Source: an uncultured delta proteobacterium (GTDB taxonomy: Bacteria; Desulfobacterota; Binatia; UBA9968). From it: a DNA stretch of 64,000 bases. Within the stretch, counting starts at the first letter, position 1. Each line of letters opens with the position of its first letter. Below the pieces are notes generated by a model. That model did not search any database and was not told where the DNA came from. It saw only the letters and a list, made by a program, of their open reading frames with translations. The stretch is taken from NCBI GenBank assembly GCA_963804165.1, contig CAWDPO010000046.1, forward strand, positions 224,001-288,000, read 5' to 3'. Both the position numbers and the translations under genes were made by a program. This document shows positions 57,319 to 64,000 of this stretch, piece after piece.

Positions 57319-57410
57319 TCACATTTCCTTAAATGGTCCGGCAAGGCAAAATAAAAAATCGAAATGTTTGGCGTCTGAAACATTCCATCCGAACTATTGG
57401 GGTCATACCG

Positions 57411-58439
57411 TCACTTCCCCAAGAGATTCTTCATCCTATCGATGGTCTCTCGATCTGAGGTGGTGACTTCTTTAGCGAGAGTCTCCAACTCCTCGCCGCT
57501 CGTCGGATCTATCTCTAGCTTTTTCTTCTTGACGTCGGCCACGACGTCAGCATCGCCGAGGGTCTTTGAGAAAGCCTCGCGCAGGATCTTCACCCGATCT
57601 GGTGGGACGCCTGGAGTCGTAACGATGGGCCGGCCGAATTCGCCGGCAGCCAACACCAGGGTCGCCAAACGCCGGGTCGCTTGGGGCGTCTTATATTCGT
57701 CCATCAATTCGTAGACGGTCGGTACGTCGGCCATTCTCGGATCGCGTTTTTTGCCGGTCTGAACCAGGACTCGAACGAACCCCTTTTTGCGCCAAGTATG
57801 GAACGGCTCACGGGCGAAGAAGCTCGTGACGGTAAAAGCTCGGCAGTGTACCTCTCCTCTTTCCACCGCCAGATCGATTTCTTGTCCGCCTTGGTATCCG
57901 GTGACGATGTTAAACTTAGTGCCGATCGCTTCATTTAAAAGCAGCATGAAGGCATGGGCGAGCCCGCCAGTCCCGGTGGAGCCGCACTTGGGCGGGTCCG
58001 AAGCCTTGGTCACGTCATGGATGGTTTTGAAAGGAGTATCCGCGCGCATATAGAGCAGATTGTACGAACGTTCAAAGCTTCCCAGCCAAGTAAACTTGGC
58101 CCAGTCGAACTGAACCTCCTTTCTGCCGATCAACTGATCGAAATAAAGCGCCGGCAAGAAAATGGCGAAAGTTAAACCGTCCGGCTTGGCGACGTTATAA
58201 ACATAGTTAGCGGCGGTCATGGTGGATGCGCCGGGCATGTTTTGAACGATGATGTTGGGATTTCCTGGAATATACTTGCCCATGTGCTCGGCCAAGATGC
58301 GCGCATAGATATCGTACACGTCGCCCGCGGGGAGTCCCACGATAATTCTTATTGTCTTTCCCGCGAAGAACTGAGTCTGAGCTTGAACGTTGGACACCCA
58401 TAGAAAGAAAAACGTGAACGCGACAGCGATTTTCTTCAT
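57411..58439 (-). CDS. Bug/TctC tripartite tricarboxylate transporter substrate-binding protein
   Basis: FFAGKTI, IPGNP, PDGLT, ERGEV, PGVPPDRV. Confidence 0.9.
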   Translation of the reverse strand: MKKIAVAFTFFFLWVSNVQAQTQFFAGKTIRIIVGLPAGDVYDIYARILAEHMGKYIPGNPNIIVQNMPGASTMTAANYVYNVAKPDGLTFAIFLPALYFDQLIGRKEVQFDWAKFTWLGSFERSYNLLYMRADTPFKTIHDVTKASDPPKCGSTGTGGLAHAFMLLLNEAIGTKFNIVTGYQGGQEIDLAVERGEVHCRAFTVTSFFAREPFHTWRKKGFVRVLVQTGKKRDPRMADVPTVYELMDEYKTPQATRRLATLVLAAGEFGRPIVTTPGVPPDRVKILREAFSKTLGDADVVADVKKKKLEIDPTSGEELETLAKEVTTSDRETIDRMKNLLGK

Positions 58440-58560
58440 GGAATAATCTCCTTCCTTGCGGTCACCGGAAAACCAACGGGGAGAACCAACACTGTCAAGT
58501 TTTTGATTCTGCTATTCGCACACAACATCAGTCGTAATCGACGGGATCTGGGAGAGATAA

Positions 58561-58992
58561 TCATTTTTTCTTGCCGGGTTCCGCTTGGTAACCTTGTTCT
58601 TTCCACTTGCTGACGGGACAAAATGTTGTGCTGGTGAATCCGAGGTCTTCGGCTAGCTTCGCAGCCTGCGAGCTTGATGCTCCGGTGCCTCACGTGAAGA
58701 CGATGTAGGTATCCTTGGAAATCTTTTTCAGATAACCCTCGAGCTGATCCAAGGGAACGTTGATGGCGTCGGGGATGGTTTCTTTTTCAAAATTGGCCGG
58801 CGGTCGGACGTCGATGATCATCACCGTGCCGGCATCAAGTTGCTTCTTGAGCTCGTCGGCCGGCGTCGGTTTGGCGCCGACGGCCCATCTCGTTTTCGGA
58901 TCTACCTCATATTTGCGCTGTTGTTGGGCGAAGGACGACGCGGCAAAGAGTAAAAGTGAGGCAATGGCTAGCTCCACGATCAACGATTTCAT
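58561..58992 (-). CDS. Exported rhodanese-domain protein, probable selenoprotein (in-frame UGA at 58690-58692)
   Basis: Signal peptide, IIDVR, IPDAINVP, IVFT-UGA-GTGASSSQAAKLAEDLGF...W; frame stays open to TGA at 58561; AAAGGAG RBS. Confidence 0.8.
58655..58674 (-). promoter_or_regulatory. Putative bacterial SECIS hairpin
   Basis: AGC-TCGCA-GGC-TGCGA-A-GCT; G-starting apical loop 23 nt after the UGA. Confidence 0.65.
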
Positions 58993-59109
58993 AAATTCTC
59001 CTTTTCAAAGGATCGTTTGGATGGGCGCAGGCTAACCGGAAAAGCTTGCCGTCGTCAATCCCGGGCGTGGTAAGACGCGTCCCTAATTCGAGCCGGGCTT
59101 TTGAAGGGT

Positions 59110-59125
59110 TGGTGCCGGGGGCGGG
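59110..59125 (-). mobile_element. tRNA-Leu-like 3' fragment, putative att site / island boundary
   Basis: CCCGC-CCCCGGC-ACCA = T-stem 3' strand + acceptor strand + ACCA, with no tRNA 5' part. Confidence 0.6.
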
Positions 59126-59529
59126 CCTAAATCTGGATTCTATCTCAGGTAGTTCGTGGGGTCATCGGCGGACGAAAATTTCGGGCGAAATTCCAAATTG
59201 CAGCCACTGATGATCTTCGAACGTGTTCAACGACGTCGACCGTTTGGTAGCACTGGATCGGGTAATTGTCGTGTTGAAAAAACCTGGGCCGGTGGAGGCG
59301 ACGATGAAGTGGGGCGGTCGTCTGAAGCGAACAAGGAAAGACTCTCGCCCCCTTTGGTCTTTTAGGATTAAAGGGATGAATCAGCCGCAGCGTACTTCAA
59401 TGAAATTCCTCTTTATGGCTGCCGCGGCGTGAGCGAAGTCTTGGTTCGGGTAACCATTCTTGAAGTGTCAGTGCAGTATGATCACCAGGACAAAGAGAAC
59501 AGCCTCCGTTCTGGACTCGAAGGGGGATA

Positions 59530-60036
59530 TCACTTTCGAAGTCGACAAGACCTCCGCAGGTGCATATCGACTCCGTGATCATGCAGATTTTGTGGCGTGA
59601 AACTTGTCTCCTCGTAACCACCGTCACGGGTTTCGTATTTAACCACTACCGACTGAATAGTCCACCTTATATCAAAGGCTACGGCTCTATTTCTATCCAA
59701 ATAGTCACCGAGTACACGCAGGCCTGCCGAAAGCTTGTGAGCGTCCAGATCGTCGCTTGAACCTCGTCTTGACCGTCCCTGAGTTTCTAACCGGGTAGTG
59801 TCGGAGTTGGTATAGACTAGAAGTTCCGGGGACCGTTGGGGCGTTGAAACCATTTGATCGGAATCGCCCCTTCCCCAAACCTCACCAGTGACACTCTTTA
59901 GAAAGCTTGGTTCCCAGTTATGCACAACGTATTTTTCGCCAGTTTTTTTTAATGCGAAAGCCTTAATGCGGAGCACCTCTAATGCCTGCCCGATGACTCT
60001 AAGAGATTGGGAGTATGATTTAGTGGTAGGTGCCAT
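59530..60036 (-). CDS. Uncharacterised protein with internal duplication; paralog of 38514-39197
   Basis: LRVIGQALE, AFAL, YVV, LRVLGDYLD, VVVKYET, MHLRRS colinear with the 38514 protein. Confidence 0.75.
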   Translation of the reverse strand: MAPTTKSYSQSLRVIGQALEVLRIKAFALKKTGEKYVVHNWEPSFLKSVTGEVWGRGDSDQMVSTPQRSPELLVYTNSDTTRLETQGRSRRGSSDDLDAHKLSAGLRVLGDYLDRNRAVAFDIRWTIQSVVVKYETRDGGYEETSFTPQNLHDHGVDMHLRRSCRLRK

Positions 60037-60217
60037 CAATAGCCGATCCCCGCCGTATAGAAAGCAATTTGTTTGAATTTGCGAGAAGGCCAGCAACCGC
60101 GGAAGCAAATAGCGTTCTTCAAATCAGTCACGCAGCTTGCCATCTGGGCGCGCAGTTTCCCGCAGAACGTAACAGAGTAATTGGCACAAAATAGAAGAAT
60201 CAGCACGTTGTCTCGAA

Positions 60218-61263
60218 TTACATCCCAGACGTTTTGTCTCGAACCAGGCGCTGAACGTAACATAGACTGTCTCTTGAGTCGAAAACATTCTGGCCGCAAG
60301 TGACTGTTCCCTGGAGCTTACCTGGGCCCGGGAATGCGTCGTCGGTGTTATTGCCTTTGTCGGGACAAAAGCTGCGCCCAATCTGTGATGTTCTGGCACT
60401 GGGTTAAGTTGCCGCCATTTTTTATCACCGGAATCAAGTAGCAACGATTACGGGTCGGCTTTGAACATCGGCTTGAGGTGGCCATTAACGATCGTTTCAT
60501 TCACACCGTTTGCGACATTTCCACAATAGCCAACATCGATTGCGGGCTGGCCCGCGCAATAAGGCAGCTTTTCGAACAGGGCGCGAACCTCATCGCGTGC
60601 TGGCGTTGTCTATTTGATAAGTTTCCCAGCCGCCGGTGCTATTGCCTCCCGACTGGAAATCCAAAATTACAGTCACGATTCGGGCCTTTGCAGAGACCTT
60701 CCACGACTACGATCGGCAGTCCGGGAAGCGCCTGGTTCACAGCAACGGCGCTGACGCTCACATCGGCTGTCGTTCTAGCTGGCTTGCCCAAACAAATTGA
60801 GCAGTGGCGTCAAGAACAGCGGGGATTTCATGGCTTTCGCAGCGCTTCCGCCGTAGGGGTTGGTATTTTCTAATGCCACTCGAGCTCCGTTCGCATTGTT
60901 GATGTTGACTCCTGACGTGGTAAATTCGCCGGTCCCGTTGTCATATTTCACGAGGGTCACGTTCTTTTGATCGATTTGATTGTTAGGACTGTCGAGATAA
61001 TTGTTTCCGGTGCCGGGATTTGTTCCGCCGGGGTTAAACTTTGCCGCTCGGTCTGTAACTGTCGACCAGTTTCCACTCGGGATTGCCGATGCGGCAGCCA
61101 GCGCCGCCGCATCCACGGCCGGCTGACCCTGAGATCGCACATAGGCCAGATGTCCTGTGTCTAATCCCATGCCGACCATGATCAAGAGCAAAACAATCAT
61201 CAGAGTCATGAAGACGAGCGCATAGCCTTGTTGATTTTTTAACGGCTGCATATAAGCCTCCAT
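60218..61263 (-). CDS. TadG-like pilus assembly protein, broken by about five frameshifts
   Basis: QQGYALVF..TM..GLDTG..Y..VDAAALAAA N-terminus; coding-like frames continue (VSVSAVA..LPIVV, GWETY, CYLIPVI, RLVRD) to TAA at 60218. Confidence 0.7.
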
Positions 61264-61267
61264 TGAC

Positions 61268-61786
61268 CTAAGCGGAATAGGGTCCGTAACTGGTCGGAGT
61301 CGTGCAATAATTATTATTTATGTAGGGCTGATATTTGTAGTGCATTTGCGTTCCCCGAGAGATCGTCAGAGTGTTTGGAGCGCTACCGCCAAACAATCGT
61401 ATTAACTGATACATGAAAAATTTGTATTGACCCTGTGCCTTCACTTCGACAAATTCCATACAGGCCGTTCCCGTGTAAAATGTCACCGTGACGGTCTTGT
61501 TTGTCAGGTAGGCTGGCAATCGGCTAATGACTTCTGTTTTCACCGTATCGGCTTCAGCCGAGCTAAAGATTAGGTTGGGAACGTTGCCGCTCTTTTGAAG
61601 TCCGCTGCCGATGCGCGCTCCCTCCCGAGCCGCGGTCTGAATCAGGTTACCCATAAAAAACGAAACACCGAAATCGACGGGTATATACAACGCAATCAGC
61701 AAGAGCGGAGTAATGAGCGAAATCTCGACGATTCCCTGACCTCTTTGATTATTGCGCATCGATCCATTTTCACTCACAGCGTTCAT
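61268..61786 (-). CDS. TadE-like pseudopilin
   Basis: RGQGIVE prepilin cleavage motif, TM helix, AAREGAR. Confidence 0.88.
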   Translation of the reverse strand: MNAVSENGSMRNNQRGQGIVEISLITPLLLIALYIPVDFGVSFFMGNLIQTAAREGARIGSGLQKSGNVPNLIFSSAEADTVKTEVISRLPAYLTNKTVTVTFYTGTACMEFVEVKAQGQYKFFMYQLIRLFGGSAPNTLTISRGTQMHYKYQPYINNNYCTTPTSYGPYSA

Positions 61787-61831
61787 TGGTTGGCCCTCCC
61801 TGTTTTCGCTCGTTCACTTCGAACTCACGCG

Positions 61832-62335
61832 TTAGCATCCCGCTTGCGCCTCCCACCTCATGCGTGTTTGACGCGTGATCGGCGTATCGTTTAAGTTTCC
61901 TGAGACGCCCACCCAATGGAGGAGCTGGTAGAAAAAGAAGTGGTAGGTTCCGGATACCGCGACTGTCACCATCCGGTTGCAATTTGTTCCTATATCAGGA
62001 TCTAGGTTCACCGTGATCGTCGCGGCTGGAAGGAGCGCCGCCGAAATCCTTCCTGCGGTTTCCTTAAATATGTTTCCTGTACAAGAAGGCACGACGCAGC
62101 TGGTCGTTCCGCTAACGAGCGTGCGATCGGCCGACGCGATTCTGGCTCCTTCACGCGCGGCGTTCTGAGCGAGCTGCCCCGTATAGAACGCAAGCCCAAA
62201 ATCTGCCGGTATCCAGGCGACAATCAGCAGGATTAGAAACGTCAGCGTGAACTCGACCACGGCTTGGCCTGACGAACCGGTTAAACCCATTAGACCCTTT
62301 CGACTTAGAAGCGGGGAAGATGAATCAAGTGACAT
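61832..62335 (-). CDS. TadE-like pseudopilin
   Basis: SGQAVVEF, TM helix, AAREGAR; AAGGAG RBS before ATG at 62335. Confidence 0.88.
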   Translation of the reverse strand: MSLDSSSPLLSRKGLMGLTGSSGQAVVEFTLTFLILLIVAWIPADFGLAFYTGQLAQNAAREGARIASADRTLVSGTTSCVVPSCTGNIFKETAGRISAALLPAATITVNLDPDIGTNCNRMVTVAVSGTYHFFFYQLLHWVGVSGNLNDTPITRQTRMRWEAQAGC

Positions 62336-62856
62336 CTTTCGAACTCCTTCTGCTTTCCGCACATTTATTGTTTTGCTACTGTCGCCCGCTGTGATTGAGC
62401 AACACTGTTGCTATTTACGGGCCGTGAGACAGCGATGACGAAACCGACATTCGAATTGACATTGCCGTCATTGCGCCGTCCGATTTCGTGTAGAGAGACC
62501 TGGCGGACGAACAGAATTGCTCTGTTCATTTCTGGCAAAACTAAATGGCAAAAGACTTTTGCGGCAAAGCGTGATGTGAATAGGAAGAAACTGGGATGCT
62601 CGTAGTCAATTCGTGTTGATAGTTCTTTTGGGAGTATGTCAGGTGCTTAAACGTCAAGACATGACGTGCAGGAGATTGCAGTGCGATCAGGCGGCGTCTA
62701 CGACGACTCCAGAAGAACAGCAAAGCATTCAAACCCCACGGTCAAAGAGAAATGCTGCGCCTAAGGGTTTGGGATGTTAAAAGTCCGAGCACTGCTGGAG
62801 TTCCCTTTATTTTTGGGAACAATGTGAGAGAAAAAATATACTTGTATGACTTTATG

Positions 62857-63289
62857 TCAGTCCTTCTTCATCGACACGCGCCCATCTTCCTGTATCGTCC
62901 AAAAAGGGTTGTAGGCAATCTCCCACGTATGGCCGTCCGGGTCGGAAAAATAGCCGGAGTATCCACCCCAAAAGGCTTTCTGCGGTTTTTTGACGATGGT
63001 TACGCCGTGGTTTTCTAGCCGAGCGAAGATTGCATCGGTTTCCTCTTCGCTTCGGACATTGTGAACGAGGGAGTAACCTCGGTAGGCAGGGACCGTGTTG
63101 GCCGTGATGCCGATGTCTTTCGCCAGCTCATCGTGTGGCCACAGGGCGAGGACAACTCCGTTCAGATCAAAAAGGACAACCCCAGGCGGGCTTGATTCTG
63201 CCTTCCAACCGACGATGCGCTCGTAGAAAGCGACGGCTGCGTTGCAGATCAGCGACACCGAGCGTGATTAGGCTTAATCGTTGTTCCAT
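62857..63289 (-). CDS. VOC/glyoxalase family protein with one frameshift (about 63228)
   Basis: MEQRLSLITLGVADLQRSRRF joins YERIVGW...FWGGYSGYFSDPDGHTWE; AGGAGG RBS. Confidence 0.85.
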
Positions 63290-63312
63290 AAGTCCTCCTA
63301 AATAAGCCTATC

Positions 63313-64000
63313 CTAGTCGTCGTCGCAGTCGTCGGTATTGAACAAATCGGACATCGCGAGGGTGCTGCCAACGCGGGTCAACAACGTTTGTGTTGTCGCA
63401 TCTGCGAGCTCGCGAAACTCACGGCACATGTGGGCCTGGTCCGCGTAGCCTGCCGCGCAAGCTAGGTCCGCGAGATTTTGTTGTACCAGGTCAGTGACCG
63501 AAGAATAATTTAGCAATCGTTGAAACCGCATGATGCGTTGGAAGGTCTTTGGTCCGTAGCCGACCGCTGCGACAAAACGTCGCTGCAACTGCCGGTCGCT
63601 TATACCGATCAATCGAGCGAGATCGAGTACTCGTCCTGCCTGGTGTCGTGCGAGCCATGGGATCGCGAATCGAATCGCGGGATCGGGATCAGGTGCGACC
63701 GCCAGACGATTCGCCAGTGCGGTTGTGATGTCGCGGAGTTTGGCGGACTCCGATTGGTGATTGAACGGTCTATCCGTCAGTGTTTCGCGTGAATGGGCCA
63801 GATATCAGCCAACGGCACATCTTGGTTTAACATCTCATTTGCCGGCAGACCAAGCGAGCTCGCGGCACAACCGGGCCTAAACCGGATGCCGATAAGGCTC
63901 GTTCCCACAAATAATTGGACAACGATGCGGCACGTCGCCGGTCCCGCGACGATGGGCGCGGCTCTGCCGATCCAGACGATATCCACGCAACCGTCCGGTA
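63313..64000 (-). CDS. AraC family regulator (DUF6597-type N-terminus), partial, one frameshift (about 63797)
   Basis: PDGCVDIVW, GIRFRPG; ISDRQLQRRF..VGYGPK, GYADQAHM HTH. Confidence 0.85.

Noticed and set aside
62345-62385. GCGGAAAGC on the minus strand upstream of tadE as a second GEMM riboswitch
   Set aside because: No P2 hairpin with GNRA loop and no P3/GCCG elements; it overlaps the RBS region.

Overview
GC-rich bacterial chromosome segment. Gene content and order (ftsEX-envC-ctpA, xseA-xseB-ispA-dxs-tlyA, rpsU-yqeY-cvpA-dnaG-rpoD-tRNA(CAT), many Bug/TctC and NMT1-type binding proteins and amidohydrolases) suggest a deltaproteobacterial-type organism, possibly Candidatus Binatia (inference). 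Layout: 0-12.8 kb mixed accessory/metabolic genes; 12.9-38 kb housekeeping core including gltBD; 39.5-58.5 kb transport/catabolic genes with intergenic repeats; from about 59.1 kb a probable island bounded by a tRNA-Leu 3' fragment and carrying tadE/tadE/tadG-like genes. Main observations: (1) an enhancer + sigma-54 promoter + c-di-GMP-I riboswitch stack in front of an uncharacterised internally duplicated protein, whose paralog lies directly downstream of the Tad genes; (2) two signal-peptide-bearing SET-domain paralogs with an altered NH motif; (3) an exported rhodanese with in-frame UGA at the catalytic position and a SECIS-like hairpin (probable selenoprotein, truncated in the ORF track); (4) several single-base frameshifts (gltB, tadG-like, VOC, AraC, small lipoprotein) that look like long-read indel errors. 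All calls are by eye; no searches were run.
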